From an uncultured Thermococci archaeon (GTDB lineage: Archaea > CAYQAE01 > CAYVLA01), in NCBI GenBank assembly GCA_964549615.1, contig CAZJVP010000099.1, positions 32,001 to 96,000 on the forward strand: a DNA stretch of 64,000 nucleotides, in the 5' to 3' direction. The translations under genes and the position numbers were made by a program. The notes under the pieces are model-generated. The model made no database searches, had not been told where the DNA came from, and saw nothing but the letters and a program-made list of their open reading frames with translations. Shown one piece after another: positions 1-10,004 of this stretch (within the stretch, counting starts at the first letter, position 1; each line of letters starts with the position of its first letter).

Positions 1-296
1 CCCGGTCCCATCGAGGGTCCAGAGCGTCTGAAATGCATGGCATTTCCAGTTCTTTCGACGATTGCCATCTCGTAGGTAGTCCCATTCACGAAGACCCTAC
101 ACTGACAGTGCATACCGGACTTGACCCTGACGTCCAGAAGTATCTGTGACTGGTTGGAGCCGCAATTCACCGCGATGAAGGATGCATTTGCTTCCAAGAT
201 CTTGATCCTCGCATGGTTAAGCGCGTATATCGACGCAACAGATAGGAGCGCCAGGGCTGTGAACAGGAATACTCTGGGGTGTAATCGCGAAACCAA
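1..296 (-). CDS. Partial secreted/membrane-anchored hypothetical protein (runs off left edge)
   Basis: Manual translation from TTG at 296: LVSRLHPRVFLFTALALLSVASIYALNHARIKILEANASF... is open to the edge. It has an N-terminal hydrophobic segment and NAS/NQS/NGT sequons. Not in the ORF track because there is no stop in the window. Confidence 0.6.
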   Translation of the reverse strand, partial: MVSRLHPRVFLFTALALLSVASIYALNHARIKILEANASFIAVNCGSNQSQILLDVRVKSGMHCQCRVFVNGTTYEMAIVERTGNAMHFRRSGPSMGP

Positions 297-398
297 ACCA
301 TACTTTTCTCGCTTAGATAGGCAGATAAATGTGGCAGTATATGATGAGAACCGGACCAGGAAATATTATCAGGCGAATCCGATGGCTTCTGACTCCGC

Positions 399-1613
399 TC
401 AGTATGGCAACCGAGGAAGGAACCTTTCGTTCAAGATCTTTCGCCAATCGAACTTGCTTTCGGCCGATTGCCGCCCCCGCCTTCCCATTCTTCTTCGGAG
501 ATGGGGATCTAGGATTAGCCGACGAAGATAGTCGGAGAGAACGTTGGGGTCGCGGGGCGGAACAAGATAGCCTTCCTTTTCATGTTGCAGGATCTCGGGT
601 ATCCCGCCGATCCGTGAGGCGACCACCGGCACTCCTGAACTCAGGGATTCGGAAACTACCAGTGGGCAAGCATCCATCTGGACACTGGGCACGACCACAA
701 TATCGGAGGACCTGTACTTTTCAGCTTGACTCTTCTGATCAATTGACCACGGCAAGGTTTCTAGGAAGGGTAACCTTACGGGACCCATGCAGTACTCAGA
801 GTCGACCCTCACTTTGAAGAGAATTCCTTGCCTTATCAGCTCTTGGGCAGCGTCGAGAAAGAACTGGAATCCTTTGGCCGGATCACTGGCGCGACCCGGT
901 AGGTACACAATTGGAAGTTCACCGACCTCACCCTTGCTCGTCGGAAAGAAAATATCCGTGTCAACGCCATTGGGAAGAAGGTCGACAGCAACATCCTCTC
1001 CAAGCGTTTTTCGAAACATTGCCTCCAAACCACGGTTAACGACGAAAATTTGGTCTAGGAGTTTCAGCTTTTCCACGAGCATGCGAGGTCGCAGGAACAC
1101 CGGTAGGTCGTACATAAGCCTCCTGATTGTTTGGACTTTCCAGAAATCGGACCATCCAGGAACGCCGCAGGCGAGACACCGCATGCACCTCGCTCCATTC
1201 GAGAAGAAGTCAGTCTCACAGATATGATCGCCAGTCCAGAGGTCGCCCACCCTCCTCGGACAGAAGGGGAAGTATGCCCCCAAGTGATAGATCGCGTAAG
1301 TATGTCTGACCGCGTCGACAAGCCTATACAGGTCGAGAAAGGAAAAAGGCTGGGTCAAAAGCGATATATCAGGCGAAAACCGCTTGACTTCCTTCCGCAC
1401 CAACAGAGAGAACGTGTAGAGATCGAATCGCCTCCTATTCAGTTTCACGAGGCCGAATCCCAGACCGTCGGGATCGCGCACTTCGCCACACGTGACTAGC
1501 CGCACATCATATCCGTGTTGGCGAAGGGCCGTGCCAAACTGATACTTCACAGTATCCGCCCCAGACCTGGGTGGCCAGCTGAAGAACCTGCTTACGATTA
1601 ATACACGCTTCAC
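399..1613 (-). CDS. GT4 family glycosyltransferase with Cys-rich insert
   Basis: N-terminal RVLIVSRFF, LPNGVD, PGRASDPAKG, VVPSVQMDACPLVVSESLSSGVPVVASRIGGIPE. Confidence 0.9.
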   Translation of the reverse strand: MKRVLIVSRFFSWPPRSGADTVKYQFGTALRQHGYDVRLVTCGEVRDPDGLGFGLVKLNRRRFDLYTFSLLVRKEVKRFSPDISLLTQPFSFLDLYRLVDAVRHTYAIYHLGAYFPFCPRRVGDLWTGDHICETDFFSNGARCMRCLACGVPGWSDFWKVQTIRRLMYDLPVFLRPRMLVEKLKLLDQIFVVNRGLEAMFRKTLGEDVAVDLLPNGVDTDIFFPTSKGEVGELPIVYLPGRASDPAKGFQFFLDAAQELIRQGILFKVRVDSEYCMGPVRLPFLETLPWSIDQKSQAEKYRSSDIVVVPSVQMDACPLVVSESLSSGVPVVASRIGGIPEILQHEKEGYLVPPRDPNVLSDYLRRLILDPHLRRRMGRRGRQSAESKFDWRKILNERFLPRLPY

Positions 1614-1785
1614 TATTCACCAACCTCCACTGGTATGACTGGCACGCACCGACACGGACCCAGCAAAACGTATAGTTCAACGGTCGTCGTTTTGACAAGA
1701 ATTAAATGCGATCCCCGTCCAAACAGGTCGGGAAGCAAGATAGCTAGAACAGACTAGCCGCTTTGTCCCGCTGCAGCGGTTTCCG

Positions 1786-2658
1786 GTGAAATCAGGTATG
1801 ACAACCAAGTTTCATGTTCTCCTGACAGTGGACGTTGAGCCGGGGTACAGGTCAGCGGATGGCACGATGAACTGGGATTACGGATCCACAGTCCTGCAGA
1901 AAGGGAATGCAGGCGCACCCGGCTTTTTCTCAGGGGTTCCGACACTTCTTGAGCTAGCCGAGGAGATGTGTACGCACGGAGCGACTCACATAACCTTCTT
2001 CCTCATGCCCCTAATCTCTGTGATCAGAAATAGCGAGTCTCTGACGTCCCAATTAGTGTCCGCCAGCAGGGCGGGCCACGAAATGGGAGTCCATATCCAC
2101 CCAGACGATCCTGCGCTAGCCAAGGCCGAGACATACAACCCTGTATTCTCTTCAAACCCTTTCTTGGCTCAGCTTGCACTTATGCGCCGTGCGAAGAGCC
2201 TAATTTCGAACATCGTAGGTAAGACCACGTCAATTAGAATCGGGCGACTTGCGGCCGACGGAAGAACCCTGATGGCTATGGCTCTTTCCGGATTTCGTTT
2301 CGACAGCAGTCTTGCATCTCGCGGAGAAAAGCCTGTGAATTGGCACCGAGCGGTATTGAGAGTCCCAATATCCGTAGATCCGACAGGAAGATGGGCCCAT
2401 CCCGCATACGGCTTCGACTTCTTGAGGACGCTCTTTCTTGAAAGATACACCGTATGGGATCGTCGGCGGCAGGGATTCCTAGTGATATTCCTTCACAGCT
2501 CGAACATCGTAGACCAACGAGGTCGTACAAACAGTGACTTTGAGAACCTGAAGAGGTTCGTCGGCTATGTTTCCGACGAGTTTTGTTCAAAGGGCGACAC
2601 GCAATTCAGTTCAGTGCGTGAGTTCTCGCTCGCCTGGAGGAGTTCGGATCGCCCGTAA
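1786..2658 (+). CDS. Polysaccharide deacetylase family (NodB-like fold) protein
   Basis: LTVDVE, TFF, GHEMGVHIHP, SIRIGR, FDSS, IFLHS motifs. Confidence 0.75.
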   Translation: MKSGMTTKFHVLLTVDVEPGYRSADGTMNWDYGSTVLQKGNAGAPGFFSGVPTLLELAEEMCTHGATHITFFLMPLISVIRNSESLTSQLVSASRAGHEMGVHIHPDDPALAKAETYNPVFSSNPFLAQLALMRRAKSLISNIVGKTTSIRIGRLAADGRTLMAMALSGFRFDSSLASRGEKPVNWHRAVLRVPISVDPTGRWAHPAYGFDFLRTLFLERYTVWDRRRQGFLVIFLHSSNIVDQRGRTNSDFENLKRFVGYVSDEFCSKGDTQFSSVREFSLAWRSSDRP

Positions 2659-2953
2659 TGGGCCGACGGCCACAAGCATCTGCTGGACTGACAGCCATTA
2701 CTGACCGCCACCGTCACCGCATTCTCTCTTGAATATGGGCCTAATCTGGGATCACGCACAGGTATGAAATAGCCGAGATAACTAGACCAAGGAACTCGAC
2801 CGTCCGGCTTGGCAAGCGAATCCTACGCTCCCACAAGACATCGTTCGCTTGTTTCCAGGGGGGACGTAGGTTTTCGGCCCCACCCAACACGGTTCCTCCC
2901 CGACTTCCCTGCCATCATCGACAATGCTATTCTACGCCTCCGCAGTAGCCAAA

Positions 2954-5900
2954 TCAACCATAGTCGACTATCCACCTCACCTTGCCACCCGGGTGCTTCA
3001 CTTCGACGGTATGTATTCCGAAAGTGATGTCGGTTTGCACGTAGTAATAATCGGTAAAATACTTCTCGACGCTTCCGGCAAAGTCTGCACACTCTGCCGC
3101 TGTGACGCGGACGGGAATGTACACCCGGCCGTCTATGCTAATTTCTGTGAATACTCCCCAAAGCCTCACGTTAAGACCCGTTCCTGTCTCCCACGGATAC
3201 CGGCCCCATAGGCCTTGAGCAGCCTTCGGGATAGGTTCTACGAGAAGGTTAGGCGCGGGCAGCAGACGCGTCCCGCTAGCCCTAACGAAGTCGACCATCC
3301 ATCGCGATCCATACACGGTACCGTCCTCGTGGATGTAGCCGACCCTTCCATTCCTCACCGCATCCATGAAGCCAGCCCAGTCGCCCGTTCTAGCTACAAA
3401 CAAACCCACGACATGCTGAGCGTGGTACATCCCCCCCTCGAAGGTATGGTGATTGTCCGCCTCGTCCAGCGGAACCAACCTGCCAGCGTATTTCTCCAAC
3501 CAAGGTTGGTCACGGACTATGTCCGCTACGAACTTCAGGTAGGTTCCCCCCGACACGAATCCGTTATACCCGCCGATCTCCACAGCTGCATCAAGTACAT
3601 CCACTGCCCTGTAGTAGTCCTGTGTAGAGGAGTAAGCTGAGACCCCGTTCGCCAAGAAGCCGCGGTTGTAAATAACGAGATCGTCAAAGGAGTTCCCCAT
3701 GGTGTTCGAGCCTCTGTAGGGCGACCAAGGAGAACCGCCGCTCGGGCTAGTGACGTAGGAATGGCTGTGGTCGTGAGGGTCGTAGCCGTTGAACTGGAGG
3801 TTGAAAGTATAGATTTCGTCCCCCTTGGCCACAAACACGGGAAGCCCGTAGGCTTCAGCGAACGCGTTCATAGGATCTATTAGGCTGTCGCCTCCCTTCT
3901 TCCCAGAGATTATCGATATGCCCTGTTCGTAGGCCCCCATCACCGCGAGACCACCAAGATCTCTGGATCCCGGATAGTTTCCGCCGAAGGCCTGGGTTTT
4001 GAATTTGAACACCTTGTAGGTCTGATCCTCGAACCAGGGCGGGGGCTCCGGGGGGTCCCTACATACGGGTGGATTGGTTGGCATTCCCATCTTCCTCAAG
4101 ATCTCCAACGCGTAGTAGGTGGGCTCGAGCCTTGAGTCCCAACCCGGCCTGTCGCCAAAACCCCCGTCTGAGTTCTGGCACATCATGACCCAATCGTAAG
4201 TCCTCAAGGGGATCGTTCTCCCGGCCGTGTAGAGGAGATCTACGGCCCAGTAGGTCTCCCTCATATCACTTTCCCGTCCCCTCTCATAGCCCCAGCCTCC
4301 GTCAGCGTTCTGTACCGAGAGCAAGTAGTCGATGGCAGACTGCGGGATGCCTCTCCCGGCCCAGTATAGGATCATTGCGGCGTGGTGTGTCCTCCATACA
4401 CACGACCTCTGTGGCTTAAAGTCAGACAAAGTGGAAAGCCGAGTCCCAAGCGGATTTGATTCCCAACCACCATCAGCGTTCTGATTGCGTTGGAGAGCAT
4501 CAGCGACCTCTGCCAGCGTGGGGCTTGCAGTCGAAGTCTCGCCCAATAGCCTCAACGCGTGGAACTTGTGATAGACTACATCCAGCCTCCAGGAAGAGTC
4601 TTTCTCCACCAGCTCCTTGACGTCGGGGAGCGAAGATCCTAGGAGGGAAAGCGCCGTGAGACTTATATCCAGTCTCCACGGACCCATATTCGCCGCCTCG
4701 TTGCCGGGAGAATCAACCGCCGCGAGCGACGGTAAAGCCCCGGAGATCTTTTCGGCCAGGCCCGAGGGAATGGTTGCCCCGCAGAGCGCTGCCGCGGAGG
4801 CTCCAAACGCATCATGGTAGAAACTGGACCAAGATTGTCCGTAGGGCCCATACCCGTCCGCTTTCTGGCAGGACTCGACGTAATCACTCGGCGTCTTGAA
4901 ACCCGAGGCATCCACGTAGGCTACGAGGGCGGTCACATCGTCAGTCTTGGAGAGCGATCCGAGATCTGGCGTCTGCAGCGCACAGACCATGGCGCTCCCA
5001 TTCACAATTATGTTGCCCGTCGAAACGCCGCTCGGTAGGTAGAGCTTGAGGAACTGTGACACTCCCGGGTAGACTATGAGTGAAATCTCATTCTTCTTCG
5101 GATCGTAGGACAGGATTTCGGGTGGCTTAGCCTTCTTCAGAACCTCCCCGGTGTATCCATCTTCCCGTTCGGGAAAACCAAGCATCTCGAAGGGGACGCC
5201 AAGCTTGACGATCTTCATGTCCTCTGCCGGAACCGTAAGAGAAAGCTGGTTGTTGGACCTCGTAAGGTAGACCCATGGAGAGTTCGGGGACGATGGATCA
5301 AAGGCGACGAGAGTGTCGCATCGGTACGAATCGAATAGACCGCTGCCTATACTTATCCGCAGGGTCTGGGCTGAGAACTCAAAGTTGCTCACCGCCAGTT
5401 GCCACATGCTTCCAGTCTCCTTGCTCAGGGAATAGTAGAGATTCGATGTCTGCGGGAGGAACCAAGCCGGCTTGATGCCAAGCGTCCGACGTCCAAAAGG
5501 ACGGCTGCCACCAGTTGGCAGCTCGGCGTACTCCAGATTGGACAGGTAAGGCACGTAGTTCCATTTGGACGCGATCTTCCGGGCGAAAGCCTTCTCTTCC
5601 TGGTCGAAGGAGTAGGGGGAACCTGCGTCGGCAGGGCCATCCCATCCTCCGTGGACCCAGTTGGTCACATAGTGGGGGTTTAGAAGATACGCGTAGAGAA
5701 CCTGCTCTGCAAATCCAAGATCCCAATCCGTCGCGGTCCCGTGCCGGTCCATCGTCCTGTGCAGGTAGTAATCCGTTGCTAGGTCGCTTGCACAGGCCGA
5801 GACGCCGGCTGAGAATAAGGGTTGGTAGAGGCTCGAGTCGAAGTGATCAGTGAAGTACCAGGTTGCCTGGCCGTTGGCATCGCAATGCTGGAAGTGATTG

Positions 5901-8098
5901 ACGCTCGCGGCGAGGCGCCCATCGGCAGGGATGACATGGCTCGACCACCTATAGCCAAGGTGCGGCTGTCCTCCATACCAGGTGTCGGCCCTGAACGACC
6001 TTAGCGTACCGAGTATGTCGCTTACCATGTGAGCTTCGAACTCCGTTGAGTCGAGGACTCCGTCCCCGTTGTCATCCCATTCAGAGGCCAAGGGAACCAT
6101 GCCCTCGACGCCGTGGTAGCTTGCATACTCTTGATCCAGCACCAAGGCGCGCCACGTCGGGTCGGTCGCGATCAGGCGACCAAGCTTCTTGGCCACTCTT
6201 TCCCACTGCTCGCTGGAATGCGGCGCGGGCACAGGCGGCGAGTCGGCGCGCCAGGTCCTGTGGTAAAAGAACCATGACATGGCGTAGAAGGTGCCCGCAG
6301 GGTCCCTCTGTTCTACCGCCCTCCTCCATTGTTCGTACCATCCGCTCATCACCATCGCGCCGCCGAACTCGGGTGGCCAAAGCCCGGTGCGGTCCTCGAA
6401 GGGATAGAAGTACCGGGGCGGGTCGGTCGAGGACTGGCCCCACGTGTTGATCGGGATCACGAATGATCCCTCAACCTCCTGCAGTCTGTCTAGAACGACT
6501 TCTGGCGACCATCCTTGCTCCCCCCAGGACTCGAGTAGCCCGAACCCGTAGTGATCGTTCCAGATATCGGGGAGGGCCACGAAGGACTTGCTGGTGGAGG
6601 CCTGGCCCTCCGAGGTTGTGACCCAGTAGGTGACCTTCTCCGAAGGGGCTACCCTGATCCTAGCCTCCCACATATTCGGCCAGTTAGGAGAGTTCACTGG
6701 AGTCATCGGGACGCTGCCGCTAGCGAAGACGAAGTCCAGCCCGTTGTAGCGCCGCTCGTAGTGAAGCGTTACACCGCTTGTGGACGTCACTATGGCGTAT
6801 ATGCTCGCCCACCCGTCCGACGGGAAACTCGGGTATATGTCGTAGAGATCGTCGAAGTGATCATTCTCCCACACCGAGAGATCCCCGACGTAGAGACCCG
6901 CTATGCCCTGCTCCTTGACAACCGCGGTCTTGGTCGCCGTTGATCGATGGCCGGCGATGTCCACGGCCTCAACGGTGAGGACCACCTGCTGCCCGGGGTT
7001 GGCTTGGATCTGGAACTCGCATTGGTAGTCTCCGTTTGCCGTCCAAGCTATCTGTCTGGAGATCGCAGCTCCGCTGTCCACTCGGAGAGAGAATATCAAG
7101 GAAGAGACGGCATAGTCGTCGGAGATGCTGGCTTTCGCGGTAACCGAACCTGTTGGGCCGTAGAGGTCGCTGGCACCCGTGGATTGAACCGAGAGGCTTC
7201 CGATGCTCGGCGGCAACTCATCCGACCGGGAGCTGGGACCCAGCACGACGCTTAGGCTGCCCGAAAAGGTGGACGCGTCTCTCGTTCCGGGCGGGCAGGA
7301 AAGAAAACTGTACAGGCCGACCGCCCTCTCGGGCCCCGCGGGAACAAGCAGGTAGGGTAGAGGCGTCGCTCCAATCATAAGGGGCGGCAGGCCCTTCTCC
7401 GGAGAGGCATATAGATCGGAGTCATCATCGATGATGATGCTGGAGGCGGGTATTCCTTGCCCTGAACCAGACATCAGTCCCGCTGAGGACAAGTAGAGGC
7501 GGGCATCATCATTACACGCTACAAACAGCCCAAGGGGGCTGGGCGACCCCGACGCGGTCTGGCCCGCCGGGACGGAGAAGGACAGGCTAGGTGGATCACG
7601 GATCAGGAAATCAAAATCGACTTCCGCCGACAGGCTGGCTACGATGGACCAGGGCGCTATCTGGCACCTGATGCCCCATATGCCGGCCCTCGCCAGACGC
7701 GCAAGCTTAAATGCGAAAACCCATTCATGGATCGTCTGACTCCGGCTGGAGAAAGAGCTCCGAGCAGGGATCAAAGCCATCTGGCCCTGTGGCTCGACGA
7801 ACCCCGTTGCGCTCGCCCAAGACATTGACAGGCTGTGCGGAAGGTTCGAATGCTGCGTGGGTCCCTGCAGCGTGATCTGCACCGAGCCTATCTCCGAGAG
7901 GGCAGCGTTCTCGAGATGGACGAAGAGCCTGTACTCGCCGCCCGGAGCCATTTTCTGGACCGCCTTTCCCTGGGAATCCATCAAAGTCAGCGTGGCCCAA
8001 GCGCTCTGGCTGGACGCCTCCCGAGCCAGAGGCAGCAAGCTGCTCAATACGAGAAGCAAGACCGCGGCTACGCTGAATAGCGATCGTCTGAGCGACAG
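2954..8098 (-). CDS. Large secreted multidomain protein: N-terminal beta-rich domains, EF-hand loop, prenyltransferase/squalene-oxidase (QW) repeats, C-terminal PHP-like metallohydrolase
   Basis: 1701-aa ORF from TTG 8059, extendable to CTG 8098. Contains a signal peptide, DDNGDGVLDSTE, QNADGGW twice, CQNSDGGF, HDHSH, DEADNHH and FMDAVRNGR. Confidence 0.85.
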   Translation of the reverse strand: MSLRRSLFSVAAVLLLVLSSLLPLAREASSQSAWATLTLMDSQGKAVQKMAPGGEYRLFVHLENAALSEIGSVQITLQGPTQHSNLPHSLSMSWASATGFVEPQGQMALIPARSSFSSRSQTIHEWVFAFKLARLARAGIWGIRCQIAPWSIVASLSAEVDFDFLIRDPPSLSFSVPAGQTASGSPSPLGLFVACNDDARLYLSSAGLMSGSGQGIPASSIIIDDDSDLYASPEKGLPPLMIGATPLPYLLVPAGPERAVGLYSFLSCPPGTRDASTFSGSLSVVLGPSSRSDELPPSIGSLSVQSTGASDLYGPTGSVTAKASISDDYAVSSLIFSLRVDSGAAISRQIAWTANGDYQCEFQIQANPGQQVVLTVEAVDIAGHRSTATKTAVVKEQGIAGLYVGDLSVWENDHFDDLYDIYPSFPSDGWASIYAIVTSTSGVTLHYERRYNGLDFVFASGSVPMTPVNSPNWPNMWEARIRVAPSEKVTYWVTTSEGQASTSKSFVALPDIWNDHYGFGLLESWGEQGWSPEVVLDRLQEVEGSFVIPINTWGQSSTDPPRYFYPFEDRTGLWPPEFGGAMVMSGWYEQWRRAVEQRDPAGTFYAMSWFFYHRTWRADSPPVPAPHSSEQWERVAKKLGRLIATDPTWRALVLDQEYASYHGVEGMVPLASEWDDNGDGVLDSTEFEAHMVSDILGTLRSFRADTWYGGQPHLGYRWSSHVIPADGRLAASVNHFQHCDANGQATWYFTDHFDSSLYQPLFSAGVSACASDLATDYYLHRTMDRHGTATDWDLGFAEQVLYAYLLNPHYVTNWVHGGWDGPADAGSPYSFDQEEKAFARKIASKWNYVPYLSNLEYAELPTGGSRPFGRRTLGIKPAWFLPQTSNLYYSLSKETGSMWQLAVSNFEFSAQTLRISIGSGLFDSYRCDTLVAFDPSSPNSPWVYLTRSNNQLSLTVPAEDMKIVKLGVPFEMLGFPEREDGYTGEVLKKAKPPEILSYDPKKNEISLIVYPGVSQFLKLYLPSGVSTGNIIVNGSAMVCALQTPDLGSLSKTDDVTALVAYVDASGFKTPSDYVESCQKADGYGPYGQSWSSFYHDAFGASAAALCGATIPSGLAEKISGALPSLAAVDSPGNEAANMGPWRLDISLTALSLLGSSLPDVKELVEKDSSWRLDVVYHKFHALRLLGETSTASPTLAEVADALQRNQNADGGWESNPLGTRLSTLSDFKPQRSCVWRTHHAAMILYWAGRGIPQSAIDYLLSVQNADGGWGYERGRESDMRETYWAVDLLYTAGRTIPLRTYDWVMMCQNSDGGFGDRPGWDSRLEPTYYALEILRKMGMPTNPPVCRDPPEPPPWFEDQTYKVFKFKTQAFGGNYPGSRDLGGLAVMGAYEQGISIISGKKGGDSLIDPMNAFAEAYGLPVFVAKGDEIYTFNLQFNGYDPHDHSHSYVTSPSGGSPWSPYRGSNTMGNSFDDLVIYNRGFLANGVSAYSSTQDYYRAVDVLDAAVEIGGYNGFVSGGTYLKFVADIVRDQPWLEKYAGRLVPLDEADNHHTFEGGMYHAQHVVGLFVARTGDWAGFMDAVRNGRVGYIHEDGTVYGSRWMVDFVRASGTRLLPAPNLLVEPIPKAAQGLWGRYPWETGTGLNVRLWGVFTEISIDGRVYIPVRVTAAECADFAGSVEKYFTDYYYVQTDITFGIHTVEVKHPGGKVRWIVDYG

Positions 8099-8444
8099 TG
8101 GGAGGCCCCTCGCCTCGGAAGCTCAGGAATTCCCTAAAAAATCTTGTTTATGGCTCCCTCGCCCTATTGCCCGGCTCACCTCCGATATTGCGACAAACGC
8201 GAACGATCTTGGCCCTTCCCGCATGGTCCGAACGAAGATTCCGGTCCGGCCACTCTCAGCGTCCTTCGTCCAAGATTTCGATAACTGGCGCTTAGGCAGG
8301 AACCGATCAAGCAAGGTACCGGCAAGGGCGCAAGCAAACTGCGAACGCTTGCGCCTACCCCAAGGATTGGGCCACCTGCTCATGATCGGCTGGCGACAAG
8401 AGAAGATATGGAGCTGAACACCGACGACGTGGATGACATGCTTT

Positions 8445-9884
8445 TCAGAGGATGATTAATCCAAGTATTGTCGCTGCCCCAAACAGGCCCAAGATCCCCG
8501 CGACAGCCATTATCCTCACCCTTCTTTTCAACTTGAGTATCGTCGCGTACTCGGCGTTCGCAAAGGCCCCGAAGGGAACTCCCCTCATCTTCTCAGTGCT
8601 AAACAACATGAAGTCCCTCTTCTTTTCGAAGTAAGCGACGGTTCTTGCAGTGGCCGTGCTCACCAGCCTCACATAGTTGACGTCCTCCTCGACGGTGTAT
8701 CCATCATCCGCCACGGTCACCAGCGGAAACTGCACCCTCGCCCCCGGCACCTGTTGCCCCTCCTCCAGAAGGTCCACGAGGAGTTCGAAGGTGAAGACGT
8801 TCCAGAAAGGCACCGAGACCACATCCCTCCATTTCCTCTTCTCCGGCTCACAAGGGTAAAGCTGGGGGGTCCAGATGTCAGAGGCCCCTATGAAGTTCGG
8901 GAACCCTCCATGTGGAAGCTGCATCCTCAGGAGGGTCTGAATGTTCTCTTCCACGTCGTATCTGAAACCTTGCCTTTGAAGCCTTCTGATCTGGTGAAAG
9001 CCCAAGCCGGATGTTGCGACCATGGTTGGATAGGCGAATCGCCTGGCCCCCCGCCTCCCCTTGACGTATCTGTGGGAGAAAAGCCTCGTCCGGGGATCTA
9101 TCATCCCCACGAGGTGATCGCCAGCCAGCTTGGCGCTTTCCAAGAAGCGTTCTTCCCGTGTATGCTCGTAAAGGTCCAGCAGTCCCCGGCAGTTCAGGGC
9201 GGTGTAGAGGTAGTAGTAGAGGTGTGCGCTCTCCCCATCGTTGTAGCCCCACCCACCCCTCAGGGGCCCTGACCGGTCCTGCATCCTGATCATGTGGTCG
9301 GCCGCGGGAACGGCGTAGTCGGAGACCAGGCTTTCCTGCCCCGTGCACCGAGCGATCGCGCAGATGGCCGATATGGCGATGGCTGTCTGGTTATAGGTGT
9401 GAACCCGCCTGCCAGGGTACCCCCTCGGGCAGAAGAAGAAAGTTCCCGTCGAGGCGTCCCAATGTTCGGCAATCATCCTTTCCTTCAGGTTGTCACAGGC
9501 CACATCCAAGAGTTTCCTCCAGCCGTCCTCGCCGGCGTCCCTGAGGGCAGCGGCGGCCCGGGCAAGGGCTAGGGTCGGCCAGGCATTGTTTATGAGGGTG
9601 AGAGGCGTTGTAGAGTCGTGGTACAGATGTACTTTGGGCGAGTATGCTGACAACAGGTATCCTGACTCCAGCTGAGCATTGCGTAGCCACCTCTCGTCGC
9701 GGGTTTTTTGGTAGAGTTCCAGGTGGCCGATTATCCTGACCCCCTGCGTCCAGCAGGCCGGGGCCGTCACGACCGTGTAGTCCCTATGGTGGTGGATGAT
9801 GTAGCCGTGGACCCCTCCCTGAGGATCCCTCCAACTGTTCAGGTAGGCATCCAAGGAGGCCAGGGCCTCTGGAATTCCGAGCAT
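8445..9884 (-). CDS. Alpha/alpha-barrel (six-hairpin glycosidase/prenyltransferase-like) protein with C-terminal TM anchor
   Basis: Helical repeats, MQDRSGPLRGGW, MQLPHGGF, LLDLYEHTREERFLESA; ends KRRVRIMAVAGILGLFGAATILGLIIL. ATG 9884 chosen as start. Confidence 0.75.
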   Translation of the reverse strand: MLGIPEALASLDAYLNSWRDPQGGVHGYIIHHHRDYTVVTAPACWTQGVRIIGHLELYQKTRDERWLRNAQLESGYLLSAYSPKVHLYHDSTTPLTLINNAWPTLALARAAAALRDAGEDGWRKLLDVACDNLKERMIAEHWDASTGTFFFCPRGYPGRRVHTYNQTAIAISAICAIARCTGQESLVSDYAVPAADHMIRMQDRSGPLRGGWGYNDGESAHLYYYLYTALNCRGLLDLYEHTREERFLESAKLAGDHLVGMIDPRTRLFSHRYVKGRRGARRFAYPTMVATSGLGFHQIRRLQRQGFRYDVEENIQTLLRMQLPHGGFPNFIGASDIWTPQLYPCEPEKRKWRDVVSVPFWNVFTFELLVDLLEEGQQVPGARVQFPLVTVADDGYTVEEDVNYVRLVSTATARTVAYFEKKRDFMLFSTEKMRGVPFGAFANAEYATILKLKRRVRIMAVAGILGLFGAATILGLIIL

Positions 9885-10004
9885 ATCTACCGACGACGAA
9901 AAGTTCCTCGACTTTCTTTGAAAAATCCGATGCACAAGTCGATCCGAACCGGCTGATCCGTGACCAGGCAAAGCTTTTCAGCTCTGGGCATCACGCACAG
10001 TCGG

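Noticed and set aside
2954-9884. Squalene-hopene cyclase / hopanoid cluster (QW motifs plus B12 radical SAMs)
   Set aside because: No DxDD motif within the barrels, the giant protein is secreted, and no squalene synthase genes are present.
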